A stretch of 64,000 bases of DNA from Bdellovibrionales bacterium (GTDB lineage Bacteria; Bdellovibrionota; Bdellovibrionia; Bdellovibrionales; UBA1609). Below are positions 1 through 10,556 of the stretch, in pieces (within the stretch, counting starts at the first letter, position 1; each line of letters starts with the position of its first letter). The stretch lies in assembly GCA_965219095.1 (NCBI GenBank), contig CBDCMT010000001.1, positions 2,144,001 through 2,208,000 of the forward strand, in the 5' to 3' direction. The translations under genes and the position numbers were made by a program. The notes under the pieces are model-generated. The model did no database searches and was not told where the DNA came from. It saw only the letters and a list, made by a program, of their open reading frames with translations.

Positions 1-1
1 A

Positions 2-1066
2 AAGGAGCCTCAGTTTTACGAAGCTGTGATCAAAAGTCATCGTCGCTTCACTTATGCAGAAGTAGAAGACATTTTAGAAAGTAAGGATCCATCAGAAACT
101 ATGATTCAAAAAGCAGGCCAATTAGCTAAAACACTTTTAAAAAACAGGAGAAAAAAAGGATTTTTGGATCTAAACATTCCAGAAACTATTATTCCTGTAG
201 ATGATTCAGGTAAACCTCTTGATATTTTTTCATCACAGAGACTCTTTTCTCATCGTTTGATTGAAGAGTTTATGCTACAGGCCAATCAAGCTACAGCTAG
301 AGTTATTGCCAAAAACTTAGTCCCTTGTCTTCACAGAGTTCATGAACTCCCAGAGAATAAGAAAATAAAGGAACTTAAGAGCTTTCTTGCAAGCCTCGGG
401 ATTTATAAAAAAATAAAAAACCAAAAAGCTCTCTCCGAGATCTCTAAAACATTTCAAAATTCCTTTCAAGGTGTTCTTATGAATCAATTGATCTTAAGAG
501 CTATGAATCAAGCACGTTACAGTTCCGATGTGTTGGTGGGGCATTATGCTCTTAACTTTACTCATTATACTCATTTTACATCTCCTATAAGACGTTATGC
601 AGATTTGGTTGTTCACAGAGTTTTAAAAAACTTCCTTAAAATCAAAAAACATAAAAAATATAGTAAAGAAGAAATGGAATCCATAGCTCAAAATGTGAGT
701 ACTTTAGAGCAAACAAGTACCAAAGTAGAAAGAAAGGTACAAGCTGTTAAAAAAGCTCGCTTTATGTCCCAATTTTTAGGAGAAGAATTTGATGGCTTTA
801 TTAGTTCTGTGAATAAAAAAGGACTTTTTGTGAAGTTAAGAATTTACACTGTAGATGGATTTATCCCTATAGAGAATTTAAGAGAAAAAAGCATACAATT
901 TGATTCAGAAAGAAGGCTTCTTTTTTCAAAAAAAACAGGGGTAAAATATATGATAGGAAAAGAAGTGAGAGTTTCTATAGCTTCTATTGACTTAGATCAG
1001 GGTTATATTAACTTTTTTATGGCCTATAAAAGAGCGACTAAAAAGCGTAAAAAAACAAAATGTTAA
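2..1066 (+). CDS. rnr: Ribonuclease R / RNB-family exoribonuclease, 5'-partial (RNB + S1 domain)
   Basis: Motifs LIEEFML, YTHFTSPIRRYADLVVHR, C-terminal S1 domain and basic tail; frame is open from the window start. Confidence 0.92.
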   Translation, partial: KEPQFYEAVIKSHRRFTYAEVEDILESKDPSETMIQKAGQLAKTLLKNRRKKGFLDLNIPETIIPVDDSGKPLDIFSSQRLFSHRLIEEFMLQANQATARVIAKNLVPCLHRVHELPENKKIKELKSFLASLGIYKKIKNQKALSEISKTFQNSFQGVLMNQLILRAMNQARYSSDVLVGHYALNFTHYTHFTSPIRRYADLVVHRVLKNFLKIKKHKKYSKEEMESIAQNVSTLEQTSTKVERKVQAVKKARFMSQFLGEEFDGFISSVNKKGLFVKLRIYTVDGFIPIENLREKSIQFDSERRLLFSKKTGVKYMIGKEVRVSIASIDLDQGYINFFMAYKRATKKRKKTKC

Positions 1067-1178
1067 AATTATCTTTAGTATCAAGTACATAAAGGGTTAA
1101 AGATCATGTTAAGTTGCATTTTGAAAAAAGTTTTCTTAAGACCCAGTTGAAAAAAAGAGGAAATGAAGTATGAATTTA

Positions 1179-2877
1179 CCTAAATTCGTGACCAAAAATG
1201 TACACTACAAAGCTATAATTTCCCATTTTCCATAAAAATCTCAGTTTTCATAGGGGAATTTTCGATTTTTAGATAAAATCACAAAAAATAACTTGCCTTG
1301 CATTTTCCTTTGTAGTGTAATATATTACACTACAGGAGGGAGAAATATGAGCTTTATCAGAAGAATAAAAAGAGGAAAGGTAACATATCTTGCAGAAGTA
1401 GAGAACAAAAGGGTTGATGGAAAAGTTATCCAAAAGCATATTCGGTACATCGGGAAGGAAGAGAATGGTGAAACTGTAATTTCAATGAGCTCATCTGATC
1501 TTGAAATAGAAAAGGTCAAGGTTTATGGTCCTTTGCTTGTTTTAGATAAAATAGCTAGGGAAATAGATTTGCAAAAATCTCTTGGCCAATACTCCAATGA
1601 AATATTAAGCATGGTCTATGCTCACTGTTTAGATTACAAAAGCCTTAGAAAAATGCCAAAATGGTATGAGAGAACAGATTTAAACACTTTGCTAAATTTA
1701 GAGGATCTAACCGAAAGTCGTTTGCTTTCTGCTCTAGATTCTTTAGAGAGTGATCCAGAAAATTTACAGAAGAAAATATTTCAAGGTGCTCAGAAAAGGT
1801 ACAATCTTGAGCTAAAAGGGTTAGTGTACGATGTTACAAACACATACCTTTATGGTAGCAAATGTCAGCTTGGAAAATTAGGAAAGAGTAAGGATGGGAA
1901 ACGTGGAAATCCTTTGATTCAAATTGGTTTGGTGACAACTCAAAAAGAAGGAATACCAGTGTTTCATAAAACTTTTAGTGGAAACATACACGATAGCAGG
2001 ACTCTACTAAGTTTATCCGATGGATTTGCAAACTATGGACTAAGTGGAGGAATGTTTGTTTACGACAGGGGCATTTTCTCAGAGAGAAACCTCAATGAAA
2101 TCAATGAATTGGGCTGGAATACGCTTTGTGGGATTGCTCTCAGAAAAAAAGAGAAGGATTTGATTAGAAAAATGATAAGGCTAGACTCTATTGTTGATGT
2201 ATCCCATCGCATCAGGTTATCAAGTGGTACCTTGTATGCTCAGAGCATTAATCACAATGTTGGAAAAATCAAAGGACGTTTAGTTGTTTGTTACAATCAA
2301 AGGAGAGCTTTAGATATAAGAGAATCTCGTTTGGACGAAATTGCAAACGCACAAATTCTTTTGTCTAAAAATAAAAATATAAAACCAGGTTTGGAAAAAT
2401 ACCTTACTCCAACAGGAAGATTAAGGAGAGATCGGTTGAATTTAGAATCTGAGTTTGATGGTTACTCTTGTATATTTTCTACAAAAAAGATCTCTACAAA
2501 AGATATTGTTAATTTGTACTATAAGAAAGAGATAATTGAAAAATCTTTTAGGACCTTAAAGGGAATAACAAATTTGAGACCAATTCGTCATTGGCTTTAC
2601 AACAGAGTTCAATCACATGTCTTTATATGCTATTTATCTTGTCTGATACTTTCAATTCTAAAAATGAAGCTTGAAAAGATGCAGATGTCTCCAGAGGAAG
2701 CTCTTGAAGAACTCGGTAGCATGTATAATGTCTATCTTTATGACCGAAAAAATAAAACTAGACTTATCAAAACAGTAGCTTTAAATAAAGTTCAAGAAAA
2801 AATACTAAGATCTATTGGAAAAAGTCTTGTCAAAAAAACGTCCGTCTGTAGTGTACATTTTTGAGCACGAACTCAGG
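1179..2877 (+). mobile_element. IS1634-family insertion sequence, apparently intact
   Basis: TIRs CCTAAATTCGTGACCAAAAATGTACACTACA / TGTAGTGTACATTTTTGAGCACGAACTCAGG; direct repeat GAATTTA at 1172-1178 and 2878-2884. Confidence 0.9.
1347..2864 (+). CDS. IS1634-family DDE transposase
   Basis: YDVTNTY, GKSKDG, YDRG, IEKSFRTLK, LRPIRHW motifs; ATG at 1347 follows GGAGGGAG RBS. Confidence 0.92.
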   Translation: MSFIRRIKRGKVTYLAEVENKRVDGKVIQKHIRYIGKEENGETVISMSSSDLEIEKVKVYGPLLVLDKIAREIDLQKSLGQYSNEILSMVYAHCLDYKSLRKMPKWYERTDLNTLLNLEDLTESRLLSALDSLESDPENLQKKIFQGAQKRYNLELKGLVYDVTNTYLYGSKCQLGKLGKSKDGKRGNPLIQIGLVTTQKEGIPVFHKTFSGNIHDSRTLLSLSDGFANYGLSGGMFVYDRGIFSERNLNEINELGWNTLCGIALRKKEKDLIRKMIRLDSIVDVSHRIRLSSGTLYAQSINHNVGKIKGRLVVCYNQRRALDIRESRLDEIANAQILLSKNKNIKPGLEKYLTPTGRLRRDRLNLESEFDGYSCIFSTKKISTKDIVNLYYKKEIIEKSFRTLKGITNLRPIRHWLYNRVQSHVFICYLSCLILSILKMKLEKMQMSPEEALEELGSMYNVYLYDRKNKTRLIKTVALNKVQEKILRSIGKSLVKKTSVCSVHF

Positions 2878-3154
2878 GAATTTACTTTAAAAATTACCCC
2901 TTTATTTCAACTCATACCAGATTTCTATTTTTTCGCTAACTTTATTTGTGAAGTCCTCCAGTCATTGAATCAATCAGAGTTTTTTCTTTAGTTTTTTGTA
3001 TTTTTCAGTGATTTTGTATTTGCCTTTTTTTTGAGCTCCTTCAAAATAGATAAGCTTCCTATCTTTTAAGAATTTTATATAGTTTTCTACAGCTCTTAAT
3101 GTGACTTTTTGGAGAGGTGTCGTACTTGATCCTAGAATGTCCATATGATCTCCC

Positions 3155-3317
3155 AAGACATAAACTCTGATCCTTGATCTACACTTAACGTTTTTAAAGC
3201 TTTTTTGGGGAATCGAGATAAACCCATTTGATAGTTTCCATGACGTGTTGACTTTGACGAGAAGTGGATTTTAACATCACCAGATACCTTGACTTTCTTT
3301 CTACCAAAGTTGATATG
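3155..3317 (-). mobile_element. IS30-family transposase fragment
   Basis: Frameshifted translation contains TLVERKSRY and TLSVDQGSEF. Confidence 0.7.
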
Positions 3318-3370
3318 TAGTGCTTCCGTTTAGGTTTTCAGGTTCCTAAGATGGAGAAGTTATCAGTTAT
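3318..3370 (-). mobile_element. IS630-B right-end fragment
   Basis: TAGTGCTTCCGTTTAGGTTTTCAGGTTCCTAAGATGGAGAAGTTATCAGTTAT, nearly identical to the element ends at 32045 and 42987. Confidence 0.85.
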
Positions 3371-3518
3371 GCCAATATAAATTTCACCTCCAGAGGAGTT
3401 GGCAAAAGCCACCATCTCTCTATCTAAGCCCTACCTTGCACTTTCTTTAAACTCGACTTTCTGGTTTTCGCCTTTTTCTAGAATAAGTTTAAGTTTTTTT
3501 GATAAAGAATTCTTCATT

Positions 3519-6500
3519 TTAATTTATATGTATAGATGTCTTAACTGCTTTAATTAATTTTTCTTCTTCTTTTTTTTGTCTTTCAAACCAGTTAGTAGAC
3601 CAAATTCTATAAATTTTCCAACCATATCCTTCTAAAACCTCTTCTCTCAATCTATCTCTATCACGAGCAGATTTTAATGAGTGATATTTAGCACCATCAC
3701 ACTCTATTGCAAGTACAAAATCATTATTTTTAGGATGTTTAACAACAATATCAATTTTATAACCAGCAACTCCGTATTGATACTCAATATCAAAGTTATT
3801 TTTCTTTAATATTTTTCCAACAGATTCTTCAAAGTCATTAGGTTCATTATTAGTGGGATAACCCAAGTTTGGCAGAATGCCTTTTTTCGCAAACTTTAAA
3901 TAATCTTTAAGAACTCGAACTCCTCTCTTAGTTTTTTCATCTACTCTAATGTCACTTTCTTTCATAGAAGAAAATAAGAAAATTTTCTTCTTAGCTCTAG
4001 TAAATAAAACATTTAATCTCCTATGCCCGCCCTCATTATTAATAGGGCCAAATCTTTGTTTAACAGTACCATCTATCTCATCTGGTCCATAAACGGTAGA
4101 TATAAAAATAACATCTCGCTCATCACCTTGAACATTTTCAAGATTTTTTACAAATAAGGGTTCTAAGGAGTTTTTCCATTTTTCATAATAGGCCAAAACA
4201 TCTTTATCTAAAGCTCTACGTTGTTCTATTTCATTATCTATCAGTTCTGTTTGCCGTTTGTTCATGGCCACTATTCCTATAGACAGGTTCATATTACTTT
4301 TCATAAAGTTAATAACTGTTTCTATAAGTATTTTTAATTCTTCAGGATTTATGCCTCCGAAAGACCTAGAGTTGCTATTATTACGTGAGGGTTTATATTT
4401 AGCGTTTTCAGCATAAACAAATTCTACGCCTAGATTTTTTCTTTTTTTTGGAGAAGGAAAAACAATCAATTTGTTATCATAAAACTCTGAATTAGAAAAC
4501 TTAATTAGATCCTCATGTCTTGAGCGATAATGCCAAAGAAGGTCACAAAATTTTACGTTGGAATTATTGAATAGATCTAATATAGATTCTTCATCAACTA
4601 TATTTTCTTCTTCATCTTCATTATTTTGAGTTTTGAAATAATCAGTCGGAGGTAACTGCTGTTCATCACCTACAACTATTATTTGCTTTGCTCTTAAAAT
4701 TCCTCCTAATGCTTCCTCTGGAGGCATTTGAGATGCTTCATCTATAATCAACAAATCAAACTCAAACTCCCCTGGCGTTAAATACTGTGCAACAGTGGAT
4801 GGAGACATAAGACAACACGGTTTAAGATCCAACAAAGCTTTTGAAGCTTTTGAAAACAGCTTTCTTAACGGTATATTCTTCTTTTTGCCGAATTCTGCTT
4901 TTATTGCACACAGATCTGTCCACTCTTTCTTTGCCCCCCTATTGTTACCTTCTGTAACTTTTATGCTCTTTAGTTTTGAATATATCTTATATTGACCATT
5001 TTCAATACTTTTTTTGTCATATTTTTTAAATCTATCTATATCTAAATCTGACACTCCATTAAATTTCTCATCCTGCAAAAGTGTTTTGTAAAAAATATAA
5101 TCCAGCACTTCCTTTGTATAAGATATAGGCTTTTTTTTCTCTATGTAAGATTCAATAACATGTGAAAAGTTATATTTTTGAAGAGATTGAAGGGTTTTAT
5201 AAAAAATTACATAGTCATCATATCCATCTATGTTTTCTTTTATTAAGTGAAGTTTATTTCCCCAATCAATAATATTGATATTTTCGACATCTTTATAAAC
5301 AAAGTCAACTTGCATTTTTGAAGCTAATTTTTTTCTGCACCTTTCTTCTGATTCCAATTTTTTTATAATACATGCGAAATCTTTTTCTTGAAATTTTGAA
5401 AATAGCCAATTTATCCTTTTTGAAATTTTCTTATCTCGCAATTTGTTATAAAACTTAAATAGATCATTTAATTCCTCTAATTTCATAACCTGATAAATAT
5501 TCTTGAATTCCGTCCATTTTTCATTCAATTCTTTGCTTTCTAATAGGAAAGATTTTGCATTATCTGAAAGTTTTGTGCTATTTTTTACTTCTTTAGACCA
5601 CTTTACTATTTCATCCGCTAAATTAAAGTCGATTTCCTCTAAATTTTTAGGATAATTGAATGCACCTTTAATGAAGCTACTATTGATAAGCCTGTACTTT
5701 AATTCCATGTGAGTAGCTAACTCATTAAAAGTTTGCAAACATTCACTATAGTCAAATTGTTTTCTATTATCAGTGATGTATTTCCAAACCTTTCTAGCAT
5801 ACCAATAATTCCTGCAAAGGAAAAAATTAAAATAATTATTTTTTTTATCTTGTAAGAAAATGCTCAAGTCCATATAAGTTGTAGCATCTCCCTCCATTGA
5901 TTTCGGATATTCGTTTATGTAATCTTTTTCTTGTTCAAGAACTTCTTCAACTCTTTCTCTCAGATCTATTATCTTGCTATTAGAATTTTTCATAAAGAAA
6001 TGCCTATTTTTAGCTCTCAAGATATCTGCTTTAGTATTGAAAATAAACTCTAAAGCCCTATAAATATCACTGCAGTTTAGGGTATTTAAGAAGTCTTCGG
6101 ATAACTTTATAGGATTTACATTATGTTTAAATTCACCTGTAATTGAAGAGATATTTTTTATATCATTAATACTTATAGGTAAAAAAAGCTTATTTTTATT
6201 AACCGATGAAATTAGCTCTTCCAAAGATTTTGTATACTGTTTTGCTTCATTTTTTATTTCGTCATGCTTTATTTTGTTCCCTATATTAGATTTTGCCGGA
6301 ATGCCATACCAGGGCCAATCACAAACTATTTTCCCATAATCTCTTGATGTTTTTTTATATGAATTTTCTAATTCCTCTAATTTTCTGCCCAGTTCCTTAT
6401 GATTTTTTTTCTTCTTATCTTTAAACTCTTGGGTTTTAATATAATCCCAAGGAATTTTACTTTTAATTTTATCTATACATTTAGAGTTATTTATGTATGC

Positions 6501-8081
6501 CCATATCGAATCAAAACAAGTTGTTTCTCCCTCTATTTCAATATCAGTATTCAAAGGCTTTTTGATAAAATTTTTATACTCAATGAGTGATTCTTTTATA
6601 TTATTATAATTATTGTAATCTTGAACTTTATTTTCTGCCTTCCCTAATCTATTCGGAGAGTCTATTCTTTCTTTTAAGGATTTCAATACTTCTTTTTTAT
6701 CTGTTATACTCCCATCTAAACAAAATAAACCTAATTTAGAGCTTTCAAGACGTTTCTTAACTACATCTAAAGCAGCTTTTTTTTCAGACATGAAAAGTAC
6801 TTTCTTACTTTGATTTAAGAAGGAGGCTATTATATTTGAGATAGTCTGGCTTTTACCAGTTCCAGGGGGGCCCTTTATTATCATGTCTAAGCCATCTAGG
6901 GCTTTTTTTATGGCATGAAATTGTGAGGAGTCAGCGTCATGTATTAAACAAGGTGTATTTTTTTCATTTAGATCTAAGTTTGAATCTATATCATCTGGAA
7001 TATTTTCTTGTTGAACTGTTCCTCTTTCTTCCCACAGTTTTTTTAATATAGGATGTTTTGTTAAATTGGGCCAATTTTCTTCTTTTAAATCTTCGTACAT
7101 ATTAAGTTTATGAAAAGAAAACCTTCCAATACAAACAATCCTTCGTAGATTCCAGCCCATCTCTTTTGAAGAGTTGCTTATCACATCTGTCTCTACTCTC
7201 TTGAAGTAACCCTCTACACTAAAATTATTGATGTCATCTTTTAAATCTATTTCTGGAAGAACAATTTCAAAATTAGAGTAGAGCCTTTCCTTTAAAGCTA
7301 AGTTCGGTAAGGGTACCTGTTCGCTTGAATAAACACTGAAAACATATTTTCCTCTCCTTAATTTTTTTTTAAGATTTAATTGTAACAAAATTAATGGTGC
7401 CAATAAAGTTTTTTCACTATTCTTAACATCTTTGTATTGTAAAAATCCGATTGACATATAAAGTGTGTTCATTCCCTTCTCTTCACGATCTATTGTTATA
7501 CGTCTTTGTATTGAAGATACTCTTCTTGTCATATCATCTTCAAAGAGCAGTGTTTGAAGATAATCGTCATCATGCTTTTCCTCTAAGCTCTCTTTAGGAA
7601 ATGGTAGATTTAAATCAGGATTTAGTTTGTTTATTTTCGCCCAGTCTTTTGGATTATAGAGTTGATCTTCTTTTCGTTTTGATAGGTTTAATTTATCCCT
7701 GACTTTATCCTTTAGCCAACGCTCAATTTCATATTCTTCGTTTATAATTTCTTTATTTGAGTTTTTTTTATCTTCTTCGAGCTTTTCGCATTTTTTTCTG
7801 TATTCGCTGTCTGTTTCTATTAATTCATATAGAGTTGATTTAAATTCATTGGTTCTTTCATCTGGAAGTTCATTTTTTTTATCAAATGGGGGCAATGGTT
7901 TAAATTCTAATTTTTTATTTTGAGATATTTTTTCATAAATCTTTTCAGGCAACTCATCGATAACATAAATATGCGTATTCGATTTTGAACTAAGATTAAA
8001 GTTTAACAAGCCATTCCTATTGCTCTGATCAATTAGTTTTTTTTGCAGTTCCGCAATGCTTTTTTTTATTATATTATCCAT
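3519..8081 (-). CDS. DUF4011 - superfamily 1 (DNA2/NAM7-like) helicase - Vsr/DUF559-like endonuclease (Hhe-like anti-phage protein)
   Basis: N-terminal KLIDQSNRNGLLNF and LYMSIGFL; Walker A GPPGTGKS; Walker B IIDEASQ; GDEQQLPP, HYRS, QGDERD, RLNVLFTRAK; nuclease IECDGAKYH..ARDRDRLRE..GWKIYRIWS. Confidence 0.88.
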   Translation of the reverse strand: MDNIIKKSIAELQKKLIDQSNRNGLLNFNLSSKSNTHIYVIDELPEKIYEKISQNKKLEFKPLPPFDKKNELPDERTNEFKSTLYELIETDSEYRKKCEKLEEDKKNSNKEIINEEYEIERWLKDKVRDKLNLSKRKEDQLYNPKDWAKINKLNPDLNLPFPKESLEEKHDDDYLQTLLFEDDMTRRVSSIQRRITIDREEKGMNTLYMSIGFLQYKDVKNSEKTLLAPLILLQLNLKKKLRRGKYVFSVYSSEQVPLPNLALKERLYSNFEIVLPEIDLKDDINNFSVEGYFKRVETDVISNSSKEMGWNLRRIVCIGRFSFHKLNMYEDLKEENWPNLTKHPILKKLWEERGTVQQENIPDDIDSNLDLNEKNTPCLIHDADSSQFHAIKKALDGLDMIIKGPPGTGKSQTISNIIASFLNQSKKVLFMSEKKAALDVVKKRLESSKLGLFCLDGSITDKKEVLKSLKERIDSPNRLGKAENKVQDYNNYNNIKESLIEYKNFIKKPLNTDIEIEGETTCFDSIWAYINNSKCIDKIKSKIPWDYIKTQEFKDKKKKNHKELGRKLEELENSYKKTSRDYGKIVCDWPWYGIPAKSNIGNKIKHDEIKNEAKQYTKSLEELISSVNKNKLFLPISINDIKNISSITGEFKHNVNPIKLSEDFLNTLNCSDIYRALEFIFNTKADILRAKNRHFFMKNSNSKIIDLRERVEEVLEQEKDYINEYPKSMEGDATTYMDLSIFLQDKKNNYFNFFLCRNYWYARKVWKYITDNRKQFDYSECLQTFNELATHMELKYRLINSSFIKGAFNYPKNLEEIDFNLADEIVKWSKEVKNSTKLSDNAKSFLLESKELNEKWTEFKNIYQVMKLEELNDLFKFYNKLRDKKISKRINWLFSKFQEKDFACIIKKLESEERCRKKLASKMQVDFVYKDVENINIIDWGNKLHLIKENIDGYDDYVIFYKTLQSLQKYNFSHVIESYIEKKKPISYTKEVLDYIFYKTLLQDEKFNGVSDLDIDRFKKYDKKSIENGQYKIYSKLKSIKVTEGNNRGAKKEWTDLCAIKAEFGKKKNIPLRKLFSKASKALLDLKPCCLMSPSTVAQYLTPGEFEFDLLIIDEASQMPPEEALGGILRAKQIIVVGDEQQLPPTDYFKTQNNEDEEENIVDEESILDLFNNSNVKFCDLLWHYRSRHEDLIKFSNSEFYDNKLIVFPSPKKRKNLGVEFVYAENAKYKPSRNNSNSRSFGGINPEELKILIETVINFMKSNMNLSIGIVAMNKRQTELIDNEIEQRRALDKDVLAYYEKWKNSLEPLFVKNLENVQGDERDVIFISTVYGPDEIDGTVKQRFGPINNEGGHRRLNVLFTRAKKKIFLFSSMKESDIRVDEKTKRGVRVLKDYLKFAKKGILPNLGYPTNNEPNDFEESVGKILKKNNFDIEYQYGVAGYKIDIVVKHPKNNDFVLAIECDGAKYHSLKSARDRDRLREEVLEGYGWKIYRIWSTNWFERQKKEEEKLIKAVKTSIHIN

Positions 8082-8104
8082 ATACTCATCTTATATTTAA
8101 TCTA

Positions 8105-8174
8105 TACTAATCGTGTTTCAAAAACACCTCTTTCTAGCTAAGATAAAAAGGAGATTTTTTGAAGTGTGCCAGTA
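8105..8174. mobile_element. 70-bp IS scar/MITE with imperfect TIRs, TA-flanked
   Basis: TACTAATCGTGTTTCAAAAA ... TTTTTTGAAGTGTGCCAGTA; a related solo end lies at 9211-9247. Confidence 0.55.
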
Positions 8175-8348
8175 TATCCCAAACCCAACTCCTTGTCATT
8201 TAAAGTTGATCCTCTAAGACTTTGAAAAAAATTAAAATGTGACGATTTTCGTCACTTGTTTTCTTAAACTTAGACTTCCAGTCTGGTTTTCTTTTCACAT
8301 TCATAAAGGTGAACCTATCACATAAGTTAAGAAGACACAAATATTTTT

Positions 8349-8385
8349 GCTTTCTCAAAAGAATCTGTGGGTTCCTGGAGGTTTT
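8349..8385 (+). mobile_element. Degenerate ISL3-like terminal repeat
   Basis: GCTTTCTCAAAAGAATCTGTGGGTTCCTGGAGG matches the scars at 21763 and 44815. Confidence 0.6.
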
Positions 8386-8688
8386 GTCAGTTTTCTAATG
8401 TTGTGATATAAGGCTTTTTAGAACTTTAGAGGTTCTAAAGCTGTAAGATTTTCTCATAGTGAGTTTTACTTTATAGTTTGACAGACTCCAGAGTTTATAA
8501 ATGCCTTCTTTCAATATGTTTCTTGAAAGCTTCTACCTTTAAAGGAGAATTTGCTATCTTCTTAATAAATTCAGAAAAATTTCCTCTTGAAAATAGACTG
8601 TGTTGAAAAAGTGGAGTCAAAATTAACGTATATGCAATGCATTAGCTTTAACTATACTGATTACACTTCAGAGCTTCCCTTTTATCTA

Positions 8689-9210
8689 TAGTGTGTCGTC
8701 AATTAATTTAACCAAACCATAGAAGAAGCTAACATCACTTAAACCTAAGAAGTGTTTTTTCTTGATATATTTTTTGATAGACACTTACAAGATGATTTTT
8801 TGTACTTAAACCTCCTTTGGAGTGTTTCAAAGCTAAAGTCTTTTTTTTGGCTTCTTTTTTGCACTAAAAGCCTGAAAGTTCTCTAAGGTTCCTTCATTTT
8901 TTACTCTGAATTCACTCTAAACAAACTAAGTGTGTGATAATACCATTTCCAAAAAATAATTCGACATTCTTTTGTCGCATAAGGTTCCGGAAGAGATCTC
9001 CAAGAGGCTCCAGCCCTCAAAATCCATAGGACTTAAGTTAACAAATTGTTGGTTGTTTTTTGCTTCTAACTTCTACTGTTTTTTTTCCGACCAGAAAGTA
9101 AAAACTCTGTCTTCTTCCATGTTTTAAGTTTTTAATTCTTATCTTCTTGATATCCTTCACTTTCTTTCTTAGGCTAAGGTTACCACATTAAATCAATTGA
9201 CGACACCCCA
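8689..9210 (-). mobile_element. Internally deleted IS630-like remnant containing other IS ends
   Basis: TIRs TAGTGTGTCGTCAATTAATTTAA / TTAAATCAATTGACGACACCCCA with TA on both sides; broken ORF starting at 9120; IS630-A left end at 8941; IS481-like end at about 8750-8783. Confidence 0.55.
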
Positions 9211-9340
9211 TAGCTAGAAAAAGGGGATTTTTGAAACACGGCCAGTATGAAAAAGCATTTATTTTGAAGTGTGACCAATATATTTATGTTTCATATAGAG
9301 CCCTTTTTTATTTCAAGATCTTATCTTGAGGGGGCTTTTT

Positions 9341-10033
9341 TTAAAATTTCAAAGAAACTATGGATATATCCTTATGTTGTATGAAAAAACTTGTGATTTC
9401 TTTTATATTTTTTATATGAATTTCTATGAGGTTTTTAATAACCTTTAAATAAGGTTTCATTGAATGCAAATGAATTAAGTAGTGGTGCCTATGTTCTTTA
9501 GGGTCATCCACATGTTTATGGGAATTGATGTAATTTTCATAAGATTCTAAATAAGCTTTTAGATGTTTTTGGCTTTCGTCCTTATAGTAATCTTCATTTG
9601 TGTTATAAGCTTTAAAGTTTGTAGGAGGCGTTAAGGTTCTTTCAAGAATGTCTGTTTCTAAAATTTGTATAGTATTTTCCACCCAAGCCATGTGGGTATC
9701 GAATACCTTCCGCATTTCTTCTAAATGACTGATTTTCTCCTTTATGTAATTTCCGTATTGTTTAAAGTAATTTTCAGAAATGTTTTGAGTTTCTTTTATT
9801 TTATGACAATTTGATTCTATTTGCTCTACTTTTTCTGAATACTGTATGATTTGAGGATGAAAAACTTTCAAGTCATCATGTATACTCTCTAAAGAATTAG
9901 AAATAGCCTCTCTCAACTTTAATTCCTGTGTAGCTTGTACTGTACTTAGAAAGCTGAATAAGGGAATCAAAAAGATTTGTGTTAATATGTCTTTTATCAT
10001 TTTTTTTAAATGCATTATATTAAATAATAACAT
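9341..10033 (-). CDS. Hypothetical, probably secreted, alpha-helical His-rich protein
   Basis: 230-aa ORF with signal-peptide-like LIPLFSFLSTVQA; followed by a hairpin-like GAGCCC...GGGGCTTTT at 9298-9340. Confidence 0.6.
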   Translation of the reverse strand: MLLFNIMHLKKMIKDILTQIFLIPLFSFLSTVQATQELKLREAISNSLESIHDDLKVFHPQIIQYSEKVEQIESNCHKIKETQNISENYFKQYGNYIKEKISHLEEMRKVFDTHMAWVENTIQILETDILERTLTPPTNFKAYNTNEDYYKDESQKHLKAYLESYENYINSHKHVDDPKEHRHHYLIHLHSMKPYLKVIKNLIEIHIKNIKEITSFFIQHKDISIVSLKF

Positions 10034-10226
10034 AAAAAATCTACAAATGATAGAAAATTTATTATTGGTTTTTGTATGTGAAATGACCTATGGGACTACT
10101 GATAAAATATCAACAAATATAGGACTCACTTTGAAATAATTACACATCTTAAACGTAAGTCAGTTATCTGACCGCCCTATCTGAGCTTAAATTTCTCTTA
10201 TAAGTTTTTCTTAGAGGGAGGATTTT

Positions 10227-10556
10227 ATGGAAGAAGGGATTAATTTAAAAAAGAAGATACAGCTTTGTCGAGAGGAAAATTCCAACAAGAAGCTTATACG
10301 CTACCCAGAAGCTCTTAAGAGAGAGATTCTAGATTTTTTGAAAGAGGAAAAGGTTTTTAAATTTTGTAAAGAGACAAAAGTCACCTCCTCCACGATCAAT
10401 AACTGGAAGAAGTCTTATGTTTCAACAGTATCCCCTAAGAAGTCTCTTTTTAAGGCCGTTTCTTTGAAAAAGGAAAGCTTATGTGAGGATAAGAAGGTCT
10501 TAGTCTTAAAGGGTCTAGATTGGGAAGAGATTTTAGAATTAGTGAAGAATTTATGA
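10227..10556 (+). CDS. tnpA: IS66 accessory protein TnpA (HTH)
   Basis: RYPEALKRE..STINNWKK HTH; first ORF of IS66-A. Confidence 0.7.
   Translation: MEEGINLKKKIQLCREENSNKKLIRYPEALKREILDFLKEEKVFKFCKETKVTSSTINNWKKSYVSTVSPKKSLFKAVSLKKESLCEDKKVLVLKGLDWEEILELVKNL

Larger units (their letters stand above)
2974..3517 (-). pseudogene. Disrupted Schlafen/AlbA_2-domain protein with C-terminal winged-HTH-like end
   Basis: Manual translation from ATG 3517: MKNSLSKKLKLILEKGENQKVEFKESAR*GLDREMVAFANSSGGEIYIGITDN (AlbA_2 consensus, in-frame TAG); C-terminal remnant TLRAVENYIKFLKDRKLIYFEGAQKKGKYKI; middle replaced by IS fragments. Confidence 0.8.

Noticed and set aside
3431..3433. Stop-codon recoding at the in-frame TAG of the AlbA_2 gene
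   Set aside because: TAG terminates normal genes here (for example purE), and the gene is also broken by IS fragments
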